IMG/VR virus record: IMGVR_UViG_3300021962_000022
Direction: 5' to 3' (one strand)
DNA: 64,000 bases
Origin: a virus
Lineage: Duplodnaviria; Caudoviricetes
In this document: positions 9,881 to 19,489 of the stretch, one piece after another
Position numbering within the stretch: position 1 is the stretch's first letter
Layout: each line of letters starts with the position of its first letter
Notes under the pieces: generated by a model
Databases searched by the model: none
What the model was told of the DNA's origin: nothing
Seen by the model: only the letters and a program-made list of their open reading frames with translations
Made by a program: the position numbers and the translations under genes

Positions 9881-9910
9881 AAAAAAATCCCGATTTCTCG
9901 GGATTCCTTT
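9881..9910. terminator. Terminator hairpin
   Basis: AAAAAAATCCCGA-TTTC-TCGGGATT-CCTTT. Confidence 0.75.
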
Positions 9911-9919
9911 TAATTTCTA

Positions 9920-11110
9920 TTATTTGATTACTTTTTGAACTACTCTCTGAACCAATTTCTTTTTAATAGATTCATTTAGTTCATCACCTCGGTTACCAAT
10001 TTGGTATCTTTTCACGGTTGCTGCTTTTAAAGTATCTTTCGGGTTTAACGCAATAACTTGTGTTTTTAAATCTTCGATTGCTTGTACCAAAGCGTCAACA
10101 ACTTCTTTATTGTCCATCACGGTATAATTTTCATTAAATTCGGTACCCGGTCTAAGTTGGGCGGTTGACGATGATTGTATTAGTTTATCATCTAAAAAAC
10201 CACCTTTCAATCCACTCTCATCTTCAAGTTTTTTACCCAATTTAGAAACCATTCTTACATTCCATGTGTAACTATTATCTCCAATTGGTTCACCTGTGAT
10301 TTGAAAATCCATTCTTATCGTAACATCTAAATTGTCTTGCTCTAACCCATATGCATCTAACATATACTTTTCGGTTTTACCCGCGTATTGTTTTAACATT
10401 TTCTTATCCGCTCTCCAATTGTTGTACGTTGTATTATATTGACGAGCCATGTAGAAAGTTTTCATCTCAGGTGTTTCTTTACCCTGAACACGAGCAATGG
10501 CTGCAGTTAAGAAATCTTTAGCTGACGCGTATGCGTTATTGTTGTGTGTAGAATATTCAATTTTTTGATTTGTAAATTTACCGTACTGGTTCACGTTTGA
10601 CCTATCTCTAGCAATGACCGCGGGAATACTTCTTTTATTTAACTCCTGAGCAAAGGATTCATCTTCTAAATTACGTGCAATAACATCAAAGAATCTTCTT
10701 TTAATCTTTTCAGATTCACCCATTTTTTCACCAGTTGGTTTGTAACCACCCTCAACATATTTCTCAATCGGTCTGTGGTATTTTCCACGTTTACATGCCG
10801 CCAATTGTGGTTCTAAGTTATGAAGGGCTTGAATGCTATCTAACCATGCTTGGTTTGCATTTTTAAAATCCTCCAATTCTTGACAATCTAAAGGTACTAC
10901 TAATATTTCGGCTCCTGGTTGTAAGGTTGGATTTGCAACCCAATAATCGGGAATATCCGTATCATTATCTTCTTTAAAAAATGGTTTGTATTTGACCATT
11001 TTACCCTTATCGTCTCTTACACCCTTTTGTTTGTATGCCATCTCTTCTACGTCAGAAATGTAGGATTCAGAGATTATACGTCTTAAATATTTTTCAGTTA
11101 ATTTATCCAT
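9920..11110 (-). CDS. Putative virion (head-internal) protein
   Basis: Start at ATG 11110 (MDKLTEKYLRRIISE); I/L-x-E motifs at both ends; TATTTATA at 11129-11136. Confidence 0.65.
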   Translation of the reverse strand: MDKLTEKYLRRIISESYISDVEEMAYKQKGVRDDKGKMVKYKPFFKEDNDTDIPDYWVANPTLQPGAEILVVPLDCQELEDFKNANQAWLDSIQALHNLEPQLAACKRGKYHRPIEKYVEGGYKPTGEKMGESEKIKRRFFDVIARNLEDESFAQELNKRSIPAVIARDRSNVNQYGKFTNQKIEYSTHNNNAYASAKDFLTAAIARVQGKETPEMKTFYMARQYNTTYNNWRADKKMLKQYAGKTEKYMLDAYGLEQDNLDVTIRMDFQITGEPIGDNSYTWNVRMVSKLGKKLEDESGLKGGFLDDKLIQSSSTAQLRPGTEFNENYTVMDNKEVVDALVQAIEDLKTQVIALNPKDTLKAATVKRYQIGNRGDELNESIKKKLVQRVVQKVIK

Positions 11111-11154
11111 AAGAATAATTTCTTTACCTATAAATACAAACAAAAACAGAATTG

Positions 11155-11379
11155 TTAATACTTACCTGACAATCTTCTAACTTTTTCACCTAACTCCATA
11201 TTGTTAGGTGTATTCTTAATTAACTCCATTGGGATTAACACAGTTTCGGTACTCTCGTAATCGTGACATTTTCGACACAATTGACCTAATCCTTCAATGT
11301 ATCCAAATCTTAAGTTGATGTTTGTTTCAAAGTCATATGGTGTCTCAACACCACACATTACACAGGTATCTTTAGCCAT
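11155..11379 (-). CDS. Small Zn-finger-like protein
   Basis: CVMC ... CRKC. Confidence 0.65.
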   Translation of the reverse strand: MAKDTCVMCGVETPYDFETNINLRFGYIEGLGQLCRKCHDYESTETVLIPMELIKNTPNNMELGEKVRRLSGKY

Positions 11380-11427
11380 AAAAATTATTTTTATAGAAAG
11401 GTATGTAAAAAAAAGTAAAAAGTAAAA

Positions 11428-12882
11428 TTATGCCAATGCCTTTATTTTAGGGCTAGCACCTCTCTCATATCCATCAACAACCTTAGCAACTAAATCACCG
11501 GTACCCCATGTTTTTAGAGATGGACATTTAGCAATTTCAGCCGCACCAATATCATTAACTAAACCCTCAACAATACAACTATAAAGACCATTTTTCAGTG
11601 TCTTAATGGTCGCGGTCATTCCATCCTCTAATGTTTGGTAGTTTTTAACTCCGACACTATTGGCGTTTGTTGAACCCGGTAAATTCCAAGTGGTATTAAA
11701 TGGATTATACTGTCCACCCGAACCTTCAGATTGTCTCCATGCGTATAGAAATTTTAAATTTTCTTCACTTACAGGTGCACCAAGATTTTCAAGTAACTTA
11801 CTATAGAAATTAATATCTGTTAAACCATCAAGATTTATTTTATCGTTTATAACTGGTCGGTCAATGTATTTTTTTAAATCTTCTGATGTAACACCTTTTT
11901 CTTTTACTTTACCTAATAAGACTTTGACATCTTCAGGTGTCATAACTGAACCCGTTCCCGCAACAAGTGATTCTAATTCCGCATCCGATGCTCCTGAGTT
12001 ATTCGATACGTGAAGGTGATTAAAGTGGTTACCACCAGTGTTAGTTTGCCACAAAACCGCTTTATTGTTACCACTTTCAGTATTCCAAGTGTAACCTAAT
12101 TTAACTAACGCGTCTTTGAGTAAATTACCTTTTTCTCTGAAACTTGGATTTCCATTGGTTTCATTGGATGCTTTATTGGAACCTTGACCATCTAATATTG
12201 AGATGTCTACCGCTGTTTGAGTCATGTGACGACTTTTTCGACCTGATTTTGTAAAAAATCCATGACCTGATTTTGCGGTGGTTATTGTTGCAATTACACC
12301 GGCAGCTTCGGCGGCCTTTTGTAAATCATCTAAAAGTGATTTGTTTACCTCATCGTATTGTGTCCCGTCCGTATCAAATTTCACATTTGGGTACGACGTG
12401 TCATCTAACTGAATCATTTCTAATTTTTCTTTAATTAATTGAAAATCTTCAAGTATTGAAACAAGAATTGATTCGGTAATTGGTTCTGATTTTTTATCTA
12501 ATTTGTTATCTTTTTTGAATTGTGAAATAGCGTTAGCGGTCTCTGGACCATATTTACCGTCCACACCATATTTTGGTAATTCATACCCTAATAGTACTAA
12601 TGCAATTTGAACTGACTCAACCTCTTTTTGGAATTCGTAATTACCTGCGGTCTGTTGATTTAAATTGTCTTTGACATTCTCTAATGTTGAGAAGAATTGT
12701 TTTACATCATCAGAAACCAAATCGGCTTTTTTAGGGTCGTCAACTTTTTTAGTATTTTTCTCATCACCCTTTAGACCGACTTTTTTTAATAAATCATCTA
12801 AAAAATTTTCTGAAATGGCGTTTTTATTACCACTCACTTCATGAAATCTTTTTATTTCCTCAATTAAACTAGGTTTTTTCAT
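11428..12882 (-). CDS. Multidomain peptidoglycan hydrolase: PG-binding domain + M15-like peptidase + lysozyme-like domain
   Basis: VQIALVLLGY..GVDGKYGPETANAI; SRH....AVDIS ... NHFNHLHVS; AWRQSEG..YNPFNTT..VKNY; TATTTATA at 12903-12910. Confidence 0.72.
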   Translation of the reverse strand: MKKPSLIEEIKRFHEVSGNKNAISENFLDDLLKKVGLKGDEKNTKKVDDPKKADLVSDDVKQFFSTLENVKDNLNQQTAGNYEFQKEVESVQIALVLLGYELPKYGVDGKYGPETANAISQFKKDNKLDKKSEPITESILVSILEDFQLIKEKLEMIQLDDTSYPNVKFDTDGTQYDEVNKSLLDDLQKAAEAAGVIATITTAKSGHGFFTKSGRKSRHMTQTAVDISILDGQGSNKASNETNGNPSFREKGNLLKDALVKLGYTWNTESGNNKAVLWQTNTGGNHFNHLHVSNNSGASDAELESLVAGTGSVMTPEDVKVLLGKVKEKGVTSEDLKKYIDRPVINDKINLDGLTDINFYSKLLENLGAPVSEENLKFLYAWRQSEGSGGQYNPFNTTWNLPGSTNANSVGVKNYQTLEDGMTATIKTLKNGLYSCIVEGLVNDIGAAEIAKCPSLKTWGTGDLVAKVVDGYERGASPKIKALA

Positions 12883-12933
12883 TATAAAACATTCTATATT
12901 TTTATAAATATCCCAATCTAATGAAATATGTGG

Positions 12934-13512
12934 TTATAACAGAAGCGATAGTATTTTTTGTTTAATTCCACTTTGTTTTATACCCTCGTTGTCTTTAGGT
13001 GTTAAAACAAAATTATCTAAACCCCAATCATGTTCAAATTTGGTACCTTCATGTGTACCTGTTTTACCCATATCTAAATCATCAATAGAAACCCAATGAG
13101 TTATCTCGGGATGGTCATGTAGGTATTGTTTTATCTCAATTACTCGTGTCATTTCCAAATCCCAAACAGGGGACCAAACCCAAGTTCCATACCAGTTACA
13201 TTGACCTAAATTAGGGGTAAATGCAATTGGTTTTTTAATAATTCCTTTTGAGTCATAATACTCACCCATTTCTTCCACATTCGCCCATCTTTTCCAATCA
13301 GAAGATACAACAATTTCAGCACCTGTTTCTTCTAAGATTTCATTAAGTACTTTAACCGCTTTTTGATTAAAGTTGTCGAAACGATATTCGAGTGGCATCT
13401 CTAAATTCGGTTGCTTATGACTAATATTGGCCTTTTCTCTTTTTTTGTAACGTCCACCCCATTCTGTGGATAAACAAATCACACCATCGTGGTCTAAAAA
13501 TATAACTTTCAT
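12934..13512 (-). CDS. HAD-superfamily protein (Swiss-Army-knife RNA-repair-like type)
   Basis: IFLDHDGV, VVSSDWK, WVSIDD. Confidence 0.8.
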   Translation of the reverse strand: MKVIFLDHDGVICLSTEWGGRYKKREKANISHKQPNLEMPLEYRFDNFNQKAVKVLNEILEETGAEIVVSSDWKRWANVEEMGEYYDSKGIIKKPIAFTPNLGQCNWYGTWVWSPVWDLEMTRVIEIKQYLHDHPEITHWVSIDDLDMGKTGTHEGTKFEHDWGLDNFVLTPKDNEGIKQSGIKQKILSLLL

Positions 13513-13513
13513 C

Positions 13514-13858
13514 TTAATAATTAACTATATGTACCTCCAAACCTTTTTGGGTTGAGGTGTCAATCATGTGTTTCGTCCCTTTACTTTTACCGTCCCAAAA
13601 CGCAATCAATCCATCGGCATAATCGGCCATTTGTGTATTTCTTTTGTAACCTGCTGACTTACCATATTTATTCCAATTAGCGGGAAAAAGAGTTACTCTT
13701 ATTTTATTTTCTGTTGCCCAATTTTCCCCTAAGGAATCGGCGCCACGAGCTTCACCTGAAATAACTTCACTAACTTTTTGAAGTATTAAATCATTACATG
13801 AGTTCTTCAACAACTCATAATTATCAAAATCTCTACCACCGGCAATTATAAATTTCAT
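13514..13858 (-). CDS. SLOG/YspA-like (DUF2493) protein
   Basis: IIAGGRDF, SGEARGAD, YGKSAGYKRN, FWDGKSKGTKHM. Confidence 0.85.
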   Translation of the reverse strand: MKFIIAGGRDFDNYELLKNSCNDLILQKVSEVISGEARGADSLGENWATENKIRVTLFPANWNKYGKSAGYKRNTQMADYADGLIAFWDGKSKGTKHMIDTSTQKGLEVHIVNY

Positions 13859-14206
13859 TTATCTAAAATAAATTTTTATCGGGAAATTACCAAATACGAA
13901 TTTAGTAACATCACATAACCACATTTGTAGTTTGAAATCAATACCGAGATAGTTCTCAAGTTTGTACCAAGCTCCCTCACCAATTTCAGGACCTTCAATT
14001 CTTCCAAGACCTGTAAAGATAAGTTCATAACAACCATCAAAAGGTTCGTCAGATAGTAAAACATGTTTTTCGTTTTCTCCTTGGGACAATATATCCAAAA
14101 ATGAATCTGCACCCATTACCATTTGAAGGTCGTATCGTGAACCTTCCCATTCAGGTAAATCTACAAACCATCCAATGTCATCCCTATAGAATCTAAACAA
14201 TCTCAC
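13859..14206 (-). CDS. Hypothetical protein (DUF6717-like)
   Basis: WFVDLPEW..LQMV.GAD.FLD...MWLCDVTKFVFG.FP. Confidence 0.65.
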   Translation of the reverse strand: MRLFRFYRDDIGWFVDLPEWEGSRYDLQMVMGADSFLDILSQGENEKHVLLSDEPFDGCYELIFTGLGRIEGPEIGEGAWYKLENYLGIDFKLQMWLCDVTKFVFGNFPIKIYFR

Positions 14207-14208
14207 AT

Positions 14209-14892
14209 TTACTTATTAAATTTTTTAAATATTTTTATAAAGTCTTGAGAGTATTTTTGGTAAACCGAATCATTCCACTCAGTATGTTTTCCTGTTGACA
14301 TGTAAGCTTGTATCTCATCGTCGATAATACATTTATCATCTGAATAACCACCCTTTACTAAAATTTTCTTTAGATGTTCATAATCTTTAGTATTGATGTC
14401 GCCTATCAAATAATCCATCTCAACTTTGTAATGGGGATTTGTAAAATAGAAACCATGAGCAATCTCATGATTCATGACACCACTTTTTAATTTATCTACA
14501 CCGATAAGATACCAAGAGTGTTGTTCACCGCGGTTTTGTATTCTTGATTCTCTCTCACAATACTCAATTATCTCATTCATTGTGTAATCGTACTGTGAAA
14601 CGGGAGAACCAAAGGTACTCCTCGCTTCAAGTAAAACTTTAGAAGGTATGTTGTACCCCGTCCAATCACTTTGGTAAGTAAAGTGTAATTTTTTATTCTG
14701 TGTGGTATAAAGTTTCATATACTCCTCGATGGTAAAAAACTTACCCCTTATTTGTGGATAAGGTGATTCGTAAAATTCTTGGTACCTACAAAATAATGAA
14801 GACCTATCATATTGGTTTTTTATTATCGTTGCAAATATGAAAGGTTTGATTTCTCTAACTTCACCCTCAATCAATGAATTTGATATACGCAT
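14209..14892 (-). CDS. Hypothetical protein with HExxH zinc-binding motif
   Basis: NHEIAHG ... DEIQAY. Confidence 0.65.
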   Translation of the reverse strand: MRISNSLIEGEVREIKPFIFATIIKNQYDRSSLFCRYQEFYESPYPQIRGKFFTIEEYMKLYTTQNKKLHFTYQSDWTGYNIPSKVLLEARSTFGSPVSQYDYTMNEIIEYCERESRIQNRGEQHSWYLIGVDKLKSGVMNHEIAHGFYFTNPHYKVEMDYLIGDINTKDYEHLKKILVKGGYSDDKCIIDDEIQAYMSTGKHTEWNDSVYQKYSQDFIKIFKKFNK

Positions 14893-14940
14893 TTACGTTG
14901 TTTTTATAAAAATAAGAACATTTTTAGAAAATACTCTTTT

Positions 14941-15087
14941 TCAATAAAAATGTTGTTCTGTATGTTGTTTGTTATCGTCCCAAGTGTAGTCATCATCTAC
15001 GTTTGGGGTCTCTTGAATGATGTGCTCATTACTAATTGTGTCATCATTGATAATGACTTGATTATTAACCTCTTTTGGACTTTTCAT
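14941..15087 (-). CDS. Small acidic hypothetical protein
   Basis: ATG at 15087 (MKSPKE...) avoids overlap with the upstream gene. Confidence 0.45.
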   Translation of the reverse strand: MKSPKEVNNQVIINDDTISNEHIIQETPNVDDDYTWDDNKQHTEQHFY

Positions 15088-15098
15088 GAAAATAAATA

Positions 15099-15422
15099 TT
15101 AAGGGCCAACAAAATATTTTGACTTCCAAAATTGGTACCATTTTCTTTTTTGAACTGGCTTACAATTTGAAAAAGGGTTATCACCAAAATTAACTCTTCC
15201 TTGATATCGGGCAGATAAAACATTCAAGAATATTTCATGGTATTCTTTTGGGATTGTATTGAAATCCGCGGTGATGTTAACCTTTAGTTGGATGGGTCCA
15301 TCATTATGTTGAACAACCAAATAGTCATTCAAGGTGATTACCGTGGACTTTCTAATGTTAATCCAATCTCCACTAAAACCAATGTCTTGGTTATTTTCAT
15401 TTGAGGGGTCTACGACTACCAT
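15099..15422 (-). CDS. Hypothetical protein
   Basis: 107-aa ORF, ends RKWYQFWKSKYFVGP. Confidence 0.65.
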   Translation of the reverse strand: MVVVDPSNENNQDIGFSGDWINIRKSTVITLNDYLVVQHNDGPIQLKVNITADFNTIPKEYHEIFLNVLSARYQGRVNFGDNPFSNCKPVQKRKWYQFWKSKYFVGP

Positions 15423-15438
15423 ATTTTTTAATTTTTAT

Positions 15439-15603
15439 TTAGAAAATTTCTTCAGCAATTCCCAATATCTCTGCAACGAAAAACAAAATAGCTGCGGTCT
15501 CTAAATTTGTAAAAAATAAAAAATAACAGGCGACTATTCTTAGTCCTGATTTTGCTAAACTTATGTTAAAATGTGAATTAGATTTAGATTCTTTCGGTTC
15601 CAT
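15439..15603 (-). CDS. Small membrane protein (54 aa)
   Basis: Read manually: MEPKESKSNSHFNISLAKSGLRIVACYFLFF...AEILGIAEEIF. Confidence 0.65.
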   Translation of the reverse strand: MEPKESKSNSHFNISLAKSGLRIVACYFLFFTNLETAAILFFVAEILGIAEEIF

Positions 15604-15623
15604 GGTTAATAAATTTTACTGAC

Positions 15624-15654
15624 CAAATATATAAAAAAATTTCGGATTTCCAAA
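15624..15654 (-). promoter_or_regulatory. Bacteroidota-type promoter
   Basis: TTTG-N19-TATATTTG. Confidence 0.8.
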
Positions 15655-15665
15655 AAAATAAAAAT

Positions 15666-17057
15666 TTATTTTGTAATATATTCATATTTTTCTTTAACCC
15701 ACGTTGTACTTGAATGTTTTAACATTCTCTTAGTCAACTCAGAGATTGGAGAATTGAAATGGGGTTCAACCGGACTATTGGCTTTACCATATGACATGAT
15801 TAGGGAACCCTTTTTATATTCCAAGTTGATGTTTGTTCGATTATGTTTCATGGACAAATAGATGTACACAACTCCTTTGTTAAATTGTTTTGATAAACAA
15901 TTCTTCATTGCGTAACCTTCTTTGATGAAGTCCTCTTCACTTTTCAAGACCCTTACCTTAAAAATTTTATCGTCAATCACAATGTCCGACTCAATATCAT
16001 TTAAAAAGTTTTCACTATATGAATACCTTACTTTATATCCCTTTTTAAAGTGATTTTTTATATTTTCTAAATCATTTAAAAGTAATTCTAATGAAATTAA
16101 ATCCCTGACATTAAATCTAGTAACAATACTTTTAGAATCTAAAAATTCTCTTAGTGTTAGTACTTTATTTATTGTCTCAAGTAAATCATATTGTTGAATT
16201 TGATTAATTGATACCTCACCCCAATTTTTAATCACATTAACCAAACAAGCTCTTTCCTTTTCATTATTCAATGAGTGATATTTTTTGAACAGAATCCTAT
16301 TAGATGTTAATTCAACCCAATTAATCTGTCTTAAATAATCAACATACCCCTCACCAAATAATTTACATAAGTAACTGAGTGTTTTTATGTCGACATTTCG
16401 ATTTTGATACTCGTTTAAACTTGCTATTAGGTATTTTGATTTAATACCATAAGAATCCAAAACCGCTGGTAAAAATTTGTTCTCATTTGTTTTTAACCAT
16501 TTTGATTTTGGATAATCCTTAAGAATTGAAATGTATATTGCGTCGTGATGTTTTATCTTTTTTTTGTGGAGATGGAAATCAACCAATAAATCATATAACG
16601 AGTTTATTGAAAAGTTTTTTTGGTAATCTTTTTCTACCGGTTGATTTATTTCTGGTTTAATTTTTGAAACTATAATATTCGTGATTTCCTCAATCATTAA
16701 ATCATATTTCTTACCCCAAAACCCTCTTCTCTTTTCACCTTTATAGAATCCATTTTCTATTAGGTACAAAACCGACTCAAAATTATTCTTCTTAATATTA
16801 TTCCTACCTCGAGCCCTTTCGGTTGGTGATTGGTTGGAGAGTTGGTAATATGTGTTTACGTCCCCATTTTTTAAATTTATTGTGAAACCATGATGTACTG
16901 TTAAAATGTTTTTGGTTCCGTAACGAAGATAGTCAAATGAAAAATCGGCAATATAATGTAACAAATTATCGAATTGATAAAGTTGGATTTCAGAAATTGA
17001 AGTCGTGTTATTAACTTTCGATTTCTTGTTTTGATAATGCCTGAATAACAAATCCAT
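15666..17057 (-). CDS. PcfJ-like domain protein
   Basis: C-terminal LKSEEDFIKEGYAMKNCLSKQ; start taken at MDLLF. Confidence 0.7.
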   Translation of the reverse strand: MDLLFRHYQNKKSKVNNTTSISEIQLYQFDNLLHYIADFSFDYLRYGTKNILTVHHGFTINLKNGDVNTYYQLSNQSPTERARGRNNIKKNNFESVLYLIENGFYKGEKRRGFWGKKYDLMIEEITNIIVSKIKPEINQPVEKDYQKNFSINSLYDLLVDFHLHKKKIKHHDAIYISILKDYPKSKWLKTNENKFLPAVLDSYGIKSKYLIASLNEYQNRNVDIKTLSYLCKLFGEGYVDYLRQINWVELTSNRILFKKYHSLNNEKERACLVNVIKNWGEVSINQIQQYDLLETINKVLTLREFLDSKSIVTRFNVRDLISLELLLNDLENIKNHFKKGYKVRYSYSENFLNDIESDIVIDDKIFKVRVLKSEEDFIKEGYAMKNCLSKQFNKGVVYIYLSMKHNRTNINLEYKKGSLIMSYGKANSPVEPHFNSPISELTKRMLKHSSTTWVKEKYEYITK

Positions 17058-17095
17058 GTATAAAATATACATGGACTAAATTTTATTTTGTAGTA

Positions 17096-18970
17096 TTAAA
17101 AATGAACTTCCTGAATGCCATCCAACAATTGGTTAAATAAATCCATATCGTTTTCTTCCCTGTTAGGAACTTCCTTACCATTAATTTTAATCTTAACTTT
17201 TTTAACATCGATGTGATTCAAAAGTCGTTGGGTTGCAAATTTCTTTATTCTTTTTTTCAATATTTCTAAAGAATCGATAAAATAGGTTGGGGGTAGTTTG
17301 TTACAAAAGTATCTTTCTTGAATACATTCTCCCGATTTTTTATTGAATTCGCAAGTAACTCTATCGGTGTTTTCACCTGACCTCAGTGAAACAATCATAG
17401 ATGATTCTTTATTTGCGTAACTGGCAACACAATGATGCATGAAAGTACCCTCTTCTGAATACTCTTCCTCTCTTTTCAAAATTATTGGGTTGAATGTATG
17501 TTCAACATTTTCAAAAGACGTTTTAATTTGTTCTTGAACCAACCTAACCATTCTGTTGTCATATTGGTATTCAATAGACCACCCTTTCTTAATTAAAGAA
17601 CACATCTTTGTTAATTCCATATGTTCCGTATGAAAGTCAGGGTAATTTGACGCCCTCATTTTCATATTAGGGTCGTAATCCCTAATTTTTTCAATCATAT
17701 CAAAATGGTCTTTAAACAATGAATACAAACCTCTGACTGTTGTGGATTGTGTATCTTGTGATTTTGGATTTATTAATGAATTGACAATTTTAATAAGGTT
17801 TTCTCTATCCGTCTTATCAATATTCAAATGTCTTATACTGTTACCAACACCTCTCATTTCTAGAGGCACCGATGAAGTCATTGTGGCAACCTCATGTGTG
17901 AAAAATTTAATAGATTCCGGTTTCAGTGAACCAAGATATTTTGGATATTCTTTTCCAAGTAATCCACAAAAACATGAAAGTTCTTGTAAATTTAATTTCG
18001 GATTATCATGAAAAAGTTTTTTAACTAATTTAGAATTTATTCCAAAACTATCTAAAATTGATTGAACTAATTTTCTTTCATTTTTCTTGAGAAATTTTTC
18101 AGTTGGGTAATATGATTTAATTAACGGTGTAAAATTATTTGGTACCTTGATTTTCTTTTTCTCAACAAAAAATTTGATGAATTTAGTTATGAACTCATGT
18201 TTATCAAATAAATTCCCACATTGAGAGGGTAACTCTTTGATATACTCCTTAATCACATTTATAAATTCACTGTCGTCAAATACTTTTACATATTCATCAG
18301 CAACTTTTAAATCTTTATTTATACCACTTTTCACATTAAAAATGTAATTTGAATTTAAAAGTATTTCTAAAGTAGAAAATGAATTCTTTCTGAAGGACTT
18401 TCTTTTAGTACTTCCAAATGACATGTCACCAATTGTAAAATCACCTTTAACCAAATCAATAGTCAACGTATGAACTGATGATGATTTCCTAAAGTATTTC
18501 CAATTGAACTCCCTTCTTCTGTTGTTTTGATATAATCGTATGTGGAGTTTATTCTCTTTAATTTGAATTGTTCTCTCTGTTGTTACAATCCGTATTGCTG
18601 CTAAAGGATTCCCGTAATGTCTTTTAAGGTGTTTTTCGTTTGATGTGTAACAAGGTTCCTTTGTTAATTTTTGGAATGCAACATATTCCTTTTGAGTATT
18701 ATTGTAAAAGTATTTCGTTCTTTTCCCTGTCTTTGGGAAAGGTTCTAATTTAATATCAACGTAAGAGGGAATCTTTTTACGAATTACCTGAGAGGTTTGA
18801 ATCTCATTAAGAATCGTATCAATCGAAGGTTCAATTGATTCAAACGGCAAATCGAAATCATCACTAAGAATAACCGGTTTCTTTTCGTTTACTCTCTCAT
18901 TCTCAATAGTACAGTTGTCCCTTATAAGGTCAATTACAGAATATGTAAATCTTTGTTTGATTAGTTCCAT
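17096..18970 (-). CDS. PcfJ-like domain protein (paralog of neighbour)
   Basis: EEYSEEGTFMHHCVASY...RVTCEF...QERYFCNK; KFLKKNERKLVQSILDSFGI paralogous to KWLKTNENKFLPAVLDSYGI. Confidence 0.75.
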   Translation of the reverse strand: MELIKQRFTYSVIDLIRDNCTIENERVNEKKPVILSDDFDLPFESIEPSIDTILNEIQTSQVIRKKIPSYVDIKLEPFPKTGKRTKYFYNNTQKEYVAFQKLTKEPCYTSNEKHLKRHYGNPLAAIRIVTTERTIQIKENKLHIRLYQNNRRREFNWKYFRKSSSVHTLTIDLVKGDFTIGDMSFGSTKRKSFRKNSFSTLEILLNSNYIFNVKSGINKDLKVADEYVKVFDDSEFINVIKEYIKELPSQCGNLFDKHEFITKFIKFFVEKKKIKVPNNFTPLIKSYYPTEKFLKKNERKLVQSILDSFGINSKLVKKLFHDNPKLNLQELSCFCGLLGKEYPKYLGSLKPESIKFFTHEVATMTSSVPLEMRGVGNSIRHLNIDKTDRENLIKIVNSLINPKSQDTQSTTVRGLYSLFKDHFDMIEKIRDYDPNMKMRASNYPDFHTEHMELTKMCSLIKKGWSIEYQYDNRMVRLVQEQIKTSFENVEHTFNPIILKREEEYSEEGTFMHHCVASYANKESSMIVSLRSGENTDRVTCEFNKKSGECIQERYFCNKLPPTYFIDSLEILKKRIKKFATQRLLNHIDVKKVKIKINGKEVPNREENDMDLFNQLLDGIQEVHF

Positions 18971-19037
18971 TGTGACGTTTTTACAAATATATTACTTTTT
19001 TTGTGATATCCATATTTATCTTTATAAAATTATTAAC

Positions 19038-19181
19038 ATGGCAGCAGGAAAAAGTTCAAAAGGTAAATCGTCTAATGCTTCAGTAAAAGTAAACTTCGGT
19101 AAAAGACGTATCGGTAAAGCTAAAAAATCTTTTAACAAACACGATAAAAGAGAAAAGAATTACAGAGGGCAGGGTCGTTAA
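19038..19181 (+). CDS. Small basic peptide (47 aa)
   Basis: MAAGKSSKGK...KNYRGQGR; ATG 19038; TATTTAT at 19013-19019. Confidence 0.7.
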   Translation: MAAGKSSKGKSSNASVKVNFGKRRIGKAKKSFNKHDKREKNYRGQGR

Positions 19182-19489
19182 TACAAATTTTGAAAAAATT
19201 GTATTAAGGTATACGAAAGTTTATATCCTGTAAATGCACCTAACGCCGAGGGTATTGGAAAGACTATTAATTTGCCTAAATCTGTAACATATTTTGGTCG
19301 ATTTACAATTCGACCCATGTAATAATAGTAGACAATGTAACCCAAAAGAACAGCAATATCTGTTCTTGTTGCAATAAAAACAACCAAGGTTGCACCAATG
19401 AATCCGAAAGTAAAGTTATCTCTAATTCCTTCCCAAATTTCATAAGTTGTCGCATTCTTATATTCTTTTACAATTTTCTTGAGTTTCAC
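19178..19489 (-). CDS. Membrane protein
   Basis: Three hydrophobic segments. Confidence 0.7.
   Translation of the reverse strand: MKLKKIVKEYKNATTYEIWEGIRDNFTFGFIGATLVVFIATRTDIAVLLGYIVYYYYMGRIVNRPKYVTDLGKLIVFPIPSALGAFTGYKLSYTLIQFFQNLY

Noticed and set aside
8105-12910. TATAAATA as T4-style late promoters firing on the plus strand
   Set aside because: At these sites it points into the 3' ends of oppositely oriented genes; the consistent relation is TATTTAT(A) on the sense strand before a start codon.
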